A stretch of DNA of 64,000 nt from Thermoanaerobaculia bacterium (GCA_963666565.1 OY762911.1:2688001-2752000), one strand, 5' to 3'. Counted from the stretch's first letter, positions 38,274 through 49,362 are shown. A program made the numbers and translations. Notes: a model not told the origin generated them from the letters alone.

Positions 38274-39422
38274 GCATCGACGACGGCGAGGTCGTCCTCG
38301 GCGTCATCGGGTCGGGCATCAACACCTGGCGGCTCGACGAGAGCGGCGCCGAACTCCAGGCGGCGCTGGAGGAACCGGCGCCCAGGGTCTTCAACGTCGG
38401 GGGGCGGGAGACTGTCAGCAGCAGCCGGCGTGAAAGGGACTACGGCCGCTTGGCCGTCTCGTCTCGGGGCGTAGCCCTTCGCCGACGACTTCACCGGCCT
38501 CCATCTGGCCAACGAGGACGGAATCGGCGGCCCGACGACCGTGGAGTTCCTGGGCGACCTGGACCGTCGGGGATCGCTTACCGCGGCCGTGGGACTCATC
38601 CGGACGGATGACGACGGCTGGGCGCCGTATGCGGCCTGGCTGATCGAGGATGGCGGCGGCGCGCCCCGCGGCCTCTTGCCGACCAGGGACGGCGGCCGCG
38701 CCCTGGAGGCGTGCAGTGTGGCCGAGCTTTCGGTGGTCCGGTTCGTCTCGGATGACCGCTTGCTGGTGATTCCCGGCGCGGAAGCCGGCGTCTTCGTTTA
38801 CGACCGCGACGGTGCGCTGCGCGACAGTCTGGATGCGGCGACCTTCTTCGCCGAGTCCGGCTGCGACAACGAACTCGACGAGTTCGGGAGTTCGCCGCTC
38901 CACGATGCCTACAGTCGTGCCGACTGGTTGGGTCCGCGCCGCATCGTCGACGAGGTCGTGGCCGACGGCGCCGGCAACGTGTACTTCTTCGTCCGGTACG
39001 GGGCCGAGAGTCGGCGGACGGCGGAGCTGGACGCCGCTGCAGGTTCGCGGTCCGCACTCGTTGGGGCCGGTTTCCAGGGATCGCGGCGGCAGCAGCTGCG
39101 GATGCGAGTCAGCCAGCCTCCGCGGCAGAACGTGAACGGCATTCGGGCCGGGAGCGTCGCGGATCGTGTCGTCGCCTCGGTACCGCCTCCGCGAGGCAGG
39201 GTGTGCTGGGACCTGGTTCACGCCCATGTCGACGATCTGCGGACGGTCACGAGGCAACCGTGCGCCGTCGAATCGGAGTTCGCGGATACCCGGCTGCGCG
39301 CCGACCTGCGGGGCGACCGTCTGGTGATCCTGCTTCGCGGCGGCGCCCTGCGGGGCGGGGACGCGCGGGCGGCGGAGGCCTTCGAAGCGCGTCTGCTCTC
39401 TCCGGCCGGTGCCGAGGGTTAG
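38258..39422 (+). pseudogene. Frameshifted, probably 5'-truncated gene for a secreted (beta-propeller-like) protein
   Basis: Plausible protein text ..RDYGRLAVSSRGVA continues as FADDFTGLHLANEDG.. in the frame of ORF 38541..39422 after one extra C in gtagcccttc (38471-80); no signal peptide; overlaps the dhaA end. Confidence 0.6.
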
Positions 39423-39426
39423 GGCG

Positions 39427-42206
39427 GTGCGGTTCTCGATTCTCGTTTCCTTGTTCGCGGCCAGTGCGGTCGCGGTCCCCGGACTGGCTCAGGACGTAGC
39501 GTCGCCGGACGGCCCGTTCCAGTTCGTTTGCCCTCGGGAGAGCGAGCCCGCCTTCTCCGACGGGATCCCCGCGCGGGCCGACAGGACGTGGGAACGGCTG
39601 GACGACCTCCCGCCGGGCGGCGGGGCGCCGGCTGCCTGCTGGGCGTGGAGCGCGTCGTGTCCGCCCCGGCTGCTCGAGCCCGGACAGAACGCGGCCGCCG
39701 CCTGCCGCGCCGGCGTCGATTCGTTCAGGCCCCTGAACGTCCGCCTTGTGGTCCCCGATGCCTCCAAGGCGGACGGCGACCCGGCGGACAGGACGGCGGC
39801 CACGGCCAGCTTCGAGGTCGTCGCGGCGCCCGCCGAGTTCGAGGTGGTCGCGGCGCCGGCGGCGATGTGGCGGGAGGTGCCCTGGAACCTGCTGCCGTCG
39901 ACCGCCGTCGCGTCGGGATCGCTCTCCCTGCTCCGCGACGACGAAACGTGGCGAGTCCAGGCGCTCGCTGACGGCCTCGCCTCGACCTGGCGGGACGTGA
40001 CTCCTGAAGAGGGGGCGGTGGAGCTCGCGCTGCGGGACGCGGTGGAGTTCACGGTGCAGGCGACTGCCGGCGGCGCGCCCCTTGCCGGCGCCCGCTTGTA
40101 CCTGGTGCGACCGGCTTCGGGGCTGATGACCGCCATACCCGAGTTTCTGGGCTTCGGGATCTCGGACGCCGGCGGCAGGGTGAGCCTGACCCTGTCCGAG
40201 CGGGAGCGTGCGGCGGTCCTCGTCTCCCACGTCGCCCGGACCGCGTCGGCCTTCGGGCGTCTCGCCGAGGTGCCGCCGGTCGTCGAACTCGGTCCGGGGT
40301 TCGCCTTGACGGGCCGACCGTGGACGCGGAAGGACGGCCAGTGGCCGGAGTGCGGTTGCTGGGTCTGTCGTGGGTGGCGAGCGAGCTCGCGGTAATGCAG
40401 CGCCACCTGGGCCTGTCCGTATCGTGGCTGGCGGCGCCGGCGCGACGGCCGGAGAGCCGGTCGTGCTGGGGCTGGCGCCGGCCTTTACGGTCGAGGGCGT
40501 CTTCGTGGCGGCCGACGGCGTGACTCCCGCCGCTTCCGGGCGGCTACACGCTGGAACTGACGGCAGCGAACGCCGGCCGGCGGGTGCTGGAGGTCTCGGG
40601 ATCGGCGGGCGAGGCGCGCGACCTGGGGGTTGTCGTGGCCCCGGCGTCGGCCTGGGTGTCCGGGACCGTCGTGAGTCCCGAGTACGCTCCGGTTCCCGGC
40701 GCCAGGATCTCCTACCTGCGTCCGACCGAGTTCGGCGCCTTGTTGGCCAGAGCGATGGGGGGCGTGGTGGAGATCACGGCGAATGCCGATGGCTACTTCG
40801 AGATGCACGGCCTGGAACTCGGCCCGGCGAGCCTCCGCGTGGAGGCGGAGGGATTCGCTCCGCTGGAGTTCGAGGTCGAGGCCGCGGCAATCGAGTGGGT
40901 CGATGCCGGCTTCGTCGAGCTCTCGCGCGGGCGCCGGATCACTGTGCGTTCCGACGTCGACGGCGGCGGGGTGAACCTCGATCCGGGTCCCGAGCACGAT
41001 CCCCTGGGGCCGATGAAGGGCAAGGTGGTCGGCGGCGAGGCCGTGTTCGAGAACGTTCCCGAGGCGCCGCTGCGGGTGCGGGTCATGGACGAGGGCGTGC
41101 CGGTCTGCGAGCGCCGCGAGGAGGCCGGAACCGGCGACGAGGCGATCCGGTGCGACCGGAGCACGGTGACGGTGACCGGTCTGGTGACGGTCGGAGGGCA
41201 GCCTGGAAAGGGGAGGTTGAGTTGGCTGTCGAAGGTGGAGAACCCGCAACCCGAAGGAGTCGGGAGAATCCTCGGCTCGCCGCTTGGACGGACTCTGGGC
41301 GTTTCCAGCAAGCTCGAACTGACGGCGTTCCTCGACGGCGAGGGCCGCTATCGGCTGGAGTCGATGCTCCCGGGCGAGTGGAACGTGACCCTCCGGTCGG
41401 AGACTGACGGAATGCAGGAGCGGCGCGAGATCACGGTGCCGGAGGCTCCAGGCGAGGAGGTAGTCGTCGACTTCCGCTACGGCGGCGTGGCGATCGAGGG
41501 AAGCGTCGTCGATGCCGAGGGACAGCCCGTTGCTCACGCGACGGTCGACGTCTTTCCGGACCGCCAGACAGTGGGGACGGGCCGGAACGGCCGCTACGAG
41601 ATCATGGATCTGGCGCCGGGCGCGTACCAGTTGCGGGCGAGGTTCCAGCACTCCCGCTCCGACTTGGTGGACGTGGAGCTCCGCGACTACAACGACCTGC
41701 AGTCCGTCCAACTGCACCTGCGCGACGATCCCCCGGACGACGAACTCGCGGTCCGGCTCGCCGGCGCCGCCGGCGGCTTCTGCTTCGTCGAGATGGAAGG
41801 CGCCGGGCAGCGGACCGTCCGGATCGATGGCGGCGCGGCGAGCACGAAACTCACTCCGCCTCTCACCGACCGGGTCCGCGTCGCCTGCCAGGCCGACGGA
41901 CGCTGGGTCCTCACCGGCTGGCGGGATCTCGAACCCGCGCTGGAGCGCGGTATCGACCTCGATCCCTTCGAGTCGGATTCCTCGATCGTCCTGACCGGCG
42001 AGCCGTCGACGGCGGCGGTGCAGGTGACCGGCCCGGGCGGCTGGGATCTAGGCTCTCTCCGCATCTGGTTCGGCGGCGCGACGACGTTCCCCGTCGGCGA
42101 GACGATTCCCAACCTGCCGGAGGGCGAGTACACCCTGCGCTGGGGGAACCAGGTGCGGACCGTGTGGACGGAACGGCGGCGGACCGCCGAGGTGGAGATC
42201 GAGTAA
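39427..42206 (+). pseudogene. Large secreted carboxypeptidase-regulatory-like (beta-sandwich repeat) protein with about 3 frameshifts
   Basis: Signal peptide at GTG 39427; GxVVDAEGxPV-type repeats; protein-like text changes frame near 40316, 40419 and 40545 (ORFs 39409, 40320, 40370, 40584). Confidence 0.7.
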
Positions 42207-42210
42207 GAGT

Positions 42211-42285
42211 GCGGAGCCGGCCTGACGGCCGGCCCGTTTCTTTGCCGCCTTCGGCGGCGGCGGGTCAGAAGACCCGCGCACCCAG
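42211..42285 (-). repeat. REP-like double-hairpin element between convergent genes
   Basis: gccgcc-ttc-ggcggc, then gcgggtc-agaa-gacccgc, then gcacccag. Confidence 0.88.
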
Positions 42286-42292
42286 TAGGCCG

Positions 42293-43111
42293 CTACTTGC
42301 CGCCGGTCACCGGCCACTTGGCCGGGTCGTGGTGCCTCAGGTAGTCCTTGCGGTCGATCCAGCCGAGGATCATCGACCACGTCATCCAGCGCTTTTCGGG
42401 CAGGATGGCGAAGTAGACGTGGGCCACGGTGAGCGTCACCAGCACGACGCCGCCGACGCCGTGGAGGACGTAGACCCAGCCCCAGCCGCCGTCGCCGAAG
42501 AACTTGTAGTCGTCCTGGGCCCAGAGCGGCTGCTCGATCCGCCACATCATCAGGATGCCGGTGACGATCGCGGCCATGCCCGCCAGGGTCGCGGCGTGAT
42601 GGAACATCTTCTGCGCCGCCGGGTACTTGCCGGGCTTGGCGGGCGCCTCGCCGCCGGTAACGGCCTTGCGCATCTCGCGCATCATGTCGCCGAGGTCCGA
42701 GAGCCCGACCCATACGTTCTTCAGGCTCTGGAAGAAGGTCGCGTGGACGATGTGGAAGACGATCGACGCGGTCAGGATCAGGCCGGTGATCCAGTGAATC
42801 TCGAGCCAGGCGAACTGCAGGCCGACCTTGGGCAGGAAGCCCGTGATCAGCAGCAGGATCATCGAGATCCCCATCACGGCATGGAACAGGCGGGACGCCA
42901 GACTGTGCCGCTGGATCTTCTGCGGCAGACCCGGATCGTCGGGGGCGTTGGCGGCTGCCTTCTTCTCCTCGCCGATCCAGCGGCGGCGGAGCGCCAGGTG
43001 GAGGATCAGGAACACGCCGCCGGCGATCAGCGCGATCCAGAACAGACTCCAGTCGATCCCCAGGAGGACGTCCTGTCCCCACGGGTTGGTGGCCCTCTGA
43101 AAGAGATTCAT
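42293..43111 (-). CDS. Membrane cytochrome b (FdnI/Ni-hydrogenase cytochrome b-like)
   Basis: RHSLASRLFH, WLEIHWITG, GKYPAAQKMFH, VLHG, AHVYFA, WSMILGW..HHDP; multiple TM helices with His ligands. Confidence 0.88.
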   Translation of the reverse strand: MNLFQRATNPWGQDVLLGIDWSLFWIALIAGGVFLILHLALRRRWIGEEKKAAANAPDDPGLPQKIQRHSLASRLFHAVMGISMILLLITGFLPKVGLQFAWLEIHWITGLILTASIVFHIVHATFFQSLKNVWVGLSDLGDMMREMRKAVTGGEAPAKPGKYPAAQKMFHHAATLAGMAAIVTGILMMWRIEQPLWAQDDYKFFGDGGWGWVYVLHGVGGVVLVTLTVAHVYFAILPEKRWMTWSMILGWIDRKDYLRHHDPAKWPVTGGK

Positions 43112-43118
43112 GCGGGCC

Positions 43119-44123
43119 CTAGACCGGCGCCTGTCCGCGGATGGCGCGGCGGATGAGGTTCCTCATCAGCGGCACCTTGTAGCCGTTGTGGCGGAGCGGC
43201 TTGGCGCCGATGACGCCCAGCTCGGCGATCCGGGTGGCGACGTCTTCGCTGATCTTCTGGCCGCGCAGAAGCTCCTCGCAACGGTCCATGCGGAGCGGCA
43301 CCGGCGAGACGGCGCCGACGGAGAGGCGGCAGTCCTGGACGACCCCGTCCTCGACCCGCATCGCGGAGGCGACGTTGACCAGGGGGAAGTCCCAGGCGTT
43401 CCGGTCGCGAACCTTCTCGAAGTAGAAGTCGGCGCCGGCCCAGGTGTCCGGGATGCGGACGGACTGCAGGACCTCGTTGGGCTGCAGGACGGTCATCCGC
43501 GTGATGTCGATCGCGGGGCCGACGAAGAAGTCCTCGGCGGCCACGGTCCGCTCGCCGCGGCGGCCGCGGATGACCATCTCGGCGTCCAGCGCGATCAGCG
43601 CCGGCGCGGTGTCCGACGGCGTGACCGCGACGCAGCGCGAGGCGTCGAAGATGCAGTGCTCGCGGTTCATCGACTCCGGCGTGTCGGCGTAGCAGATGTT
43701 GCCGCCCGCCCGGTAGCAGGGCCAGCCGGCGCGGTAGTACCAGCAGCGGGTGTCCTGCACCAGGTTGCCGCCGAGCGTCCCCTGGTTGCGGATCTGCGGG
43801 GTGGCGACGGTTTCGGCGGCTTCCGCGAGGATGCCGTAGCGCTCCCGGATCAGCTCGTTGTCCACGACCTCGGTGAGCGGGGTCATGGCGCCGATCTCGA
43901 TGCCCCCGTCGGTTTCGCCGATGCCGGACAGTTCCGGGATCGCGCCGAGGTCGACGACCGCTTCGGGCCGCTTCACCCGGTCCTTGAACCAGTCGAAGGT
44001 GTCCATCCCGCCGGCGAGCACCCAAGCGCTCTCGCGGTGACGGTCGAGGACTTCGAGGGCGCCGTCCAGGCTCTCGGGCTGGTACAGCTCGAAGTCGGGG
44101 ATCATGTCGTGGATGACGGCCAT
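43119..44123 (-). CDS. FAD-binding subunit of a xanthine-oxidase-family enzyme with [4Fe-4S] insertion (PaoB/YagS-like)
   Basis: LAGGMD, ATPQIRNQGTLGGNL, Cys cluster RCWYYR..CYRAGGNICY..CVAVTPSD, KVRDRNAWDF. Confidence 0.92.
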   Translation of the reverse strand: MAVIHDMIPDFELYQPESLDGALEVLDRHRESAWVLAGGMDTFDWFKDRVKRPEAVVDLGAIPELSGIGETDGGIEIGAMTPLTEVVDNELIRERYGILAEAAETVATPQIRNQGTLGGNLVQDTRCWYYRAGWPCYRAGGNICYADTPESMNREHCIFDASRCVAVTPSDTAPALIALDAEMVIRGRRGERTVAAEDFFVGPAIDITRMTVLQPNEVLQSVRIPDTWAGADFYFEKVRDRNAWDFPLVNVASAMRVEDGVVQDCRLSVGAVSPVPLRMDRCEELLRGQKISEDVATRIAELGVIGAKPLRHNGYKVPLMRNLIRRAIRGQAPV

Positions 44124-44168
44124 GCTGTGGTTTCCTCCTTCTGATCCGATCAGGCGTTCCGTGGCCGA

Positions 44169-46619
44169 TCAGGTGTGCGCGGCCAGGAATTCGCCGTCCT
44201 GCTCGCGGCCCTCGAGCTGGTTGATGATGTGGTCGGTCATGAGCGGCAGGTAGGCCACCGTGTCCTGCCCCAGCGCGTCCTGGATGGCGCACAGGAGCGC
44301 GGCGCAGCCGGCGCCCATCGGCGGCTCGCCGATGCCCTTGGAGCCCACCGGGTTGTTCGGGTCCGGCATGTTCACCGCGTCCCACTCCATCTCAAGCGGC
44401 ACGTCGAGGATCGTGGCCGGCCGGGCGGTGTAGAAGCGGTTGGCGAAGGGGATGCCCCACTGCGGGTCGTACACCCACTTCTGGCCGACCGCGCAGCCGA
44501 AGCCCTGGACGGCGCCGCCGTGAAGCTGGCCGCCGAGGCTCCTGGGGTTGAGGACGGTGCCGCAGTCGGTGACCGCCTTGTAGTCCGCGAGTTCGATGAC
44601 GCCGGTTTCCTTGTCCAACTCGATCTCGGCGTAGGCGACGACCCAGGAGTAGACGTCGCCGGCGCGGCCGTAGTTGTCCTTGGCGGCGGCCAGCAGGCCC
44701 TTGCCCTTGAGGACGGCGGCGCCTCCGAGCGTGATCGGGCTCAGGCCCTCGTTCAGCTCGGTGCCGTCGAAGCGGCCCCCGAGTTCGATCGCCTTCCGGG
44801 CGGCCTGGGCGAAGCTCAGGCCCGCCGCGCGGTTGCCGCGCCGGTAGACGCGCTCGCCGGCGACGACGTACTGCGAGGCCGAGCCGCCGTGGACCTGGGC
44901 CGCGATCTCCTGCAGCTTCGTCTTCATGTCGGTGGCGGCGGCGTGAGTGGCGCGGGTGATTGCGTGGGTCGTCTGGCTGCCCGCCTGCACGCAGGTGTGG
45001 GGGACGCCCTTGCCGGTGTCGCCCCAGACCATGTCCACCTTCTCCCACGGCACGTCGAGCAGGTCGGCGGCGACGCGCGCGGTGTCGGAGTAGGAGTGGG
45101 TGCCGAGGTTGCCGATCCCGGTGTGGATCTCGAGCCGGCCTTCCGGCGTGATCAGCATGAGTCCGTCGAAGCCGCTTGAACCGGCGGTGTAGGTCGAACT
45201 CGCGAGGCCGACGCCGGTGATCTTCGAGCCGTTTGCCTGCCCGCTGCGGGCCTTGGCGTCGTCCCAGTCGACCATCTCGGCCAGCCGGTTCCAGGCCTCG
45301 GCAACGTAGGCGGTGGTCACGTTGCGACCTTCCCCGTCGCCGAACTTGGCGCCGTTCTTCGCGATGTTGATCTGGCGGATCGTCAGACGGTCGATCCCCA
45401 GGTGGTCGGCGGCGCGGTCGAGCAGGGGCTCGACCATGGCGGACATCTGCACGCCGCCCGGCGCCCGCTGCGGCGCCCTCGGCGGCGTGTTCGTCGCGAT
45501 GGAGAGGCCGCGGTGGCGCATGTTCTCGGGCTGGTAGGTGAGGGACACCATGTTGCCCGAGGTGCCCATGTCGCTCTGGCGGCCGTACGGGCCGTTGTCC
45601 TGGATCACCGCCCAGTCGAAGGCGGTGATGCGGCCGTCGTTCCTGAATCCGATCTTCGCCCAGCCCTGGAAGCCGGGGCGGGCGCGGCCGATGTAGTTCT
45701 CCTCGTAGCGGGTGACCCGGTGCATGACCGGCTTGCCGGTCTTCTTCGCCAGGTAGACCGGCACCGCCATGTTGCTGGTGCCGACGATCTTGCTGCCGAA
45801 GCCGCCGCCGGTGTACTCGGCATGGACGACCAGGTTCTGGGGCGGCACCCCGACCGTGCCCTGGCCCGCGAGCAGCGTGAAGGCGACGCTCTGGGTCGAG
45901 GGATAGAGGTGGCAGGTTTCGCCTTCCCAGTGGGCCATGCAGCTCCGCGGCTCCATCGGGTGGTGGGTCACGGACTGGAAGAAGAGCGGCTCGTCGATGA
46001 TGTAGTCGGCGTCGGCGAAGCCCTTCTCCAAGTCGCCGTTCGTCCACTCGTCCTGGAACACGCCCTCGGGCATCCTGCCCTTCTCGCCGTCCGAGCCCCT
46101 CCCGGCAGCGAGATCCTCGGCCTTCCACTCGACGCGCTCGACGACGGTCTCCATTCCCGTGTCGGTGCGCCGGCGGACGATGCTGTTGCCGTCCGGCAGC
46201 GAGTTCGCGCCTCCCGGGGCGATCGAATCCAGCGGATCCAGCGCGAACGGGAGCGGCTCGAAGTCGACCTGGATCTTCTCGATCGCGTCGGCGGCGATCT
46301 TCTCGCTGACGGCGGCGACGGCGAGCACGGGCTCGCCCTCGTACTTCGGATGGTTCGTCAGGGAGCGTTCGTCCAGCGGCCCCGCCTCGCCCATGTACTC
46401 GGCGAGGTCGTCCGCGGTGAGAACCGCCTCGACGCCCTCCATCTCCAGGGCGGCGGAGGCGTCGATGTTGCGCACCCGCGCGTGGGGCATCGGCGAGAGC
46501 AACTGCTTGGCGAACAGCATGCCCTCGGCGCGCCAGTCCTCGGCGTACTTGGCGCGGCCGGTGATCTTCTCGATCAGGTCGGGTGGGGCGTAGTCGGTGC
46601 CGACGAGGGTGTTGGCCAT
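44169..46619 (-). CDS. Molybdopterin-binding large subunit, xanthine/aldehyde oxidoreductase family (PaoC-like)
   Basis: KITGRAKYAED, HHPMEPRS, TGGGFGSK, QRAPG loop, QAGSQTT, GSKGIGEPP. Confidence 0.93.
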   Translation of the reverse strand: MANTLVGTDYAPPDLIEKITGRAKYAEDWRAEGMLFAKQLLSPMPHARVRNIDASAALEMEGVEAVLTADDLAEYMGEAGPLDERSLTNHPKYEGEPVLAVAAVSEKIAADAIEKIQVDFEPLPFALDPLDSIAPGGANSLPDGNSIVRRRTDTGMETVVERVEWKAEDLAAGRGSDGEKGRMPEGVFQDEWTNGDLEKGFADADYIIDEPLFFQSVTHHPMEPRSCMAHWEGETCHLYPSTQSVAFTLLAGQGTVGVPPQNLVVHAEYTGGGFGSKIVGTSNMAVPVYLAKKTGKPVMHRVTRYEENYIGRARPGFQGWAKIGFRNDGRITAFDWAVIQDNGPYGRQSDMGTSGNMVSLTYQPENMRHRGLSIATNTPPRAPQRAPGGVQMSAMVEPLLDRAADHLGIDRLTIRQINIAKNGAKFGDGEGRNVTTAYVAEAWNRLAEMVDWDDAKARSGQANGSKITGVGLASSTYTAGSSGFDGLMLITPEGRLEIHTGIGNLGTHSYSDTARVAADLLDVPWEKVDMVWGDTGKGVPHTCVQAGSQTTHAITRATHAAATDMKTKLQEIAAQVHGGSASQYVVAGERVYRRGNRAAGLSFAQAARKAIELGGRFDGTELNEGLSPITLGGAAVLKGKGLLAAAKDNYGRAGDVYSWVVAYAEIELDKETGVIELADYKAVTDCGTVLNPRSLGGQLHGGAVQGFGCAVGQKWVYDPQWGIPFANRFYTARPATILDVPLEMEWDAVNMPDPNNPVGSKGIGEPPMGAGCAALLCAIQDALGQDTVAYLPLMTDHIINQLEGREQDGEFLAAHT

Positions 46620-46635
46620 GCTCTGGTTCCTCCGC

Positions 46636-47355
46636 TCAGGCGGTGCGCGCGTTCTCAAGCGCGCGTTCGGCCGTGTTCAGGATCTTGTTGTAGTCGCCGC
46701 AGCGGCAGATGTGGCCGGCGAGCCACTTCTGGGCGTCCGCGCGGGTCGCGTTCGGGTTGGCCTTGACCAGGGCCGCCATGCTCATGATGAAGCCCGGAGC
46801 GCAGAAGGCGCACTGGAAGCCCATCTCGTCGATGACCGCCTGCTGGACCGGGTGAAGGACGCCGTCCTGTTCGAGACCTTCCACCGTGGTGACCTCGCGT
46901 CCCCGCACCTGATGCACCAGGATCGAGCAGCCGTAGTGGGGAACGTCGTCGATCAGCACGGTGCAGGCGCCGCACTCGGCGCGGTCGCAGCCGAGCTTGG
47001 TGCCGGTGAGGTCCAGCTTGTAGCGCAGCACCATGGCCAGGGTGTCCATCGGCTCCACATCGAGCTCGTGGCTCTCGCCGTTCACCCGGAGCTCGATCGT
47101 TCGGGCCACCGGCTCGGTCGCCGCGCGCAGCACGTCGGGCTGCAGCAGGTTGCCGCCCGCCATCGAGACGGCGGCGCCGGTGGCGACGGAACCCTGGATG
47201 AAGGTCCGCCGGCTGACGCTCGAGAGGCCGCCGCCGTCGCCCGATTCGCCCTCTTCCAGGTCGAGCCGGGCCTCCGTTTCGAGGTCGGAGTTCTCGTCTC
47301 GCAGATCCTCCAGCAGGTCGTCCTGCAGGAAGACGTCTTCTCTCAGCTCATCCAT
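46636..47355 (-). CDS. 2x[2Fe-2S] subunit with twin-arginine signal (PaoA-like)
   Basis: SRRTFIQ Tat motif after an acidic leader; GCDRAECGACTV, QCAFCAPG, HICRCGDY; SD ggagg before ATG 47355. Confidence 0.9.
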   Translation of the reverse strand: MDELREDVFLQDDLLEDLRDENSDLETEARLDLEEGESGDGGGLSSVSRRTFIQGSVATGAAVSMAGGNLLQPDVLRAATEPVARTIELRVNGESHELDVEPMDTLAMVLRYKLDLTGTKLGCDRAECGACTVLIDDVPHYGCSILVHQVRGREVTTVEGLEQDGVLHPVQQAVIDEMGFQCAFCAPGFIMSMAALVKANPNATRADAQKWLAGHICRCGDYNKILNTAERALENARTA

Positions 47356-47520
47356 GGTCTCCAACCTCCGTCAGGCGGGCGGTGGTCAAGGGGGCTGCCC
47401 TCTGGTCTGTTACCGGCTTCCGGCGGCGAGCATACAACATGAATCCCGGGCCGCCGAAAGGCGAACTTCCGCGGCGGCCGGGAGGACGGCGGCGCCGGTT
47501 CGCGAACCGAGGCGGCCGGG

Positions 47521-49221
47521 TCAGATCCGGCCTCCGACGATCACGTCGAGCACCCGGGGGCCGCCGGCGGCGAAGGCTTCGCGCACCGCGTCCTCGACTT
47601 CGGCCGGATCCTCGACCTTCCGGCCCGGCACGCCCATGCCCGCGGCCATCTCGACGAAGTCGAGTTCCGGCTCGGTGAGGTTCATGTGGGGGTAGGGCCG
47701 GTCCGCCGGGATGCCGAAGCGTTCCCGGTAGATGTCCATGTTGATCTTCAGGATCTTGTACTCGCGGTTGTGCAGGATCAGGAAGACGATCGGCATGTCG
47801 TAGTGGGCGGCGGTCCAGAGCGCCTGGATCGAGTACATGGCCGAGCCGTCGCCCGAGAACACGATGACCGGCCGCTCGGGGTGGGCCAGCGAGGCGCCGA
47901 TGCCGCCGACGAGTCCCTGGCCGATGCCGCCGCCGCGGGTGCCGCAGTAGCGGTCCGGGTCGTCGACGGGCAGGAAGCCGAGCAGGTCGCCGCCCGCGGT
48001 GATCGACTCGTTGACCACGACGGCGTCGTCCGGCACGGCCTTGGCGACCTCGGACATGAGGCGCGCCGGCGACATGGGCGCGTCGTCGAAGTGGGCCTTG
48101 AGCCGCTTCCGGCGCGCGGCGTGCGCGCCTTCGGCGGCCGCCCGCAGCTTGTCCATGCGCTCCGCGGCGGCCGTCCGGAAACCGGCGTCCGCGGCCGCCT
48201 CAAGCGCCTCCCGCAGCGCCGCGAGCCCGGCCCGCGGGTCGGCGAGCATTCCCGCGTCGACCGCGAAGTTGAAGGCGAGCCGGCTCGGGGCGTCCTCGAT
48301 CTGGAGCACGGCCGTTTCGGCGCCGAACGGGGAGTCCGGGTCGAACCAGACCTCCTCGAAGAAGGAGCCACCGACCAGCAGGACGACGTCGGCACCGCCA
48401 AGCGCGTGCTGGATGCCTGCGTGGTTGAGCGGCATCCGCGGCCGGAAGCAGGGATGGCTCTGCGGGAAGTTCAGGCGCTGCATCAGCCCTTCCGGGTAGA
48501 CCCCCGCGCCGAGGAACTCGGCCAGCGCGACGAGTTCCCGCTGGCCGCCGCTCCTGGCGACGCCGTCGCCGATCACGATCGCCGGCTGACGCGCCCGGCC
48601 CAGCAGCTCGGCCATGCGGGCGACCGCAGCCGCTTCCGGCTGCGGCGCCCGGTAGAGGTCGCCGAGCGGCCGTACCGGCTCCGAGGTCTCTTCCTCCAGG
48701 ACGTTGAGCGGCAGCGCGACGAACACCGGCCCCGCGGGCGGATCGTGCGCCACCTTGAAGGCGCGGTGGAGGATCGGCGCGAACTCGTCGGCGCGCTCGA
48801 CCTGGACGCTCCACTTGACCAGGGGATCGGCCATCGCCACCAGGTCGTGGCCCAGCAGGGGCTCGCGGAGCCGCGATCGGGTGTCCTGCTGGCCGGCCGT
48901 GACGACCATCGGGGTGTTCGCCTCCCAGGCGTTGTAGAGCATGCCGAGGGCGTTGCCGAGCCCCGGCGCCACGTGCAGGTTGACGACCCCGGCGATGCCG
49001 GTCGCCTGCGCGTAGTAGTGCGCCGCGCCGAGCGCCACGGACTCGTGCAGCGCCAGGACGTAGCGCAGGTCCGGGTGGTCGGAGAGCCGGTCCATCAGCG
49101 GACTCTCCGTGGTGCCGGGATTGCCGAACAGGAACGGAATGCCGTACTCGGTCAGGGCGTCGAGCAGGACGTCGCCGCCGCGTTGGGGGCTGCGCTTCGG
49201 ACGGATCGCTGGCAAGCTCAT
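47521..49221 (-). CDS. Thiamine-diphosphate-dependent enzyme, benzoylformate decarboxylase-like
   Basis: FGNPGTTE, LHESVA, NLHVAPGLGNA, TAGQQD, and TPP motif GDGSAMY..ALWTAA..HN. The long 5' part of track ORF 47521..51498 is antisense shadow of aceA. Confidence 0.92.
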   Translation of the reverse strand: MSLPAIRPKRSPQRGGDVLLDALTEYGIPFLFGNPGTTESPLMDRLSDHPDLRYVLALHESVALGAAHYYAQATGIAGVVNLHVAPGLGNALGMLYNAWEANTPMVVTAGQQDTRSRLREPLLGHDLVAMADPLVKWSVQVERADEFAPILHRAFKVAHDPPAGPVFVALPLNVLEEETSEPVRPLGDLYRAPQPEAAAVARMAELLGRARQPAIVIGDGVARSGGQRELVALAEFLGAGVYPEGLMQRLNFPQSHPCFRPRMPLNHAGIQHALGGADVVLLVGGSFFEEVWFDPDSPFGAETAVLQIEDAPSRLAFNFAVDAGMLADPRAGLAALREALEAAADAGFRTAAAERMDKLRAAAEGAHAARRKRLKAHFDDAPMSPARLMSEVAKAVPDDAVVVNESITAGGDLLGFLPVDDPDRYCGTRGGGIGQGLVGGIGASLAHPERPVIVFSGDGSAMYSIQALWTAAHYDMPIVFLILHNREYKILKINMDIYRERFGIPADRPYPHMNLTEPELDFVEMAAGMGVPGRKVEDPAEVEDAVREAFAAGGPRVLDVIVGGRI

Positions 49222-49362
49222 GGCGAGCGAGGCTAGCAGGAGCGGCGGGCGGTTCCCCGTCGCCCGTTTGGACGTGGCGGGCGCGGCCCTTCCGGTGCTA
49301 CGGTTAGCGACTTCCGAGCCCTCTCGGGGGCACCCACAACGAGCCGGATGGAGGCGACGGCA

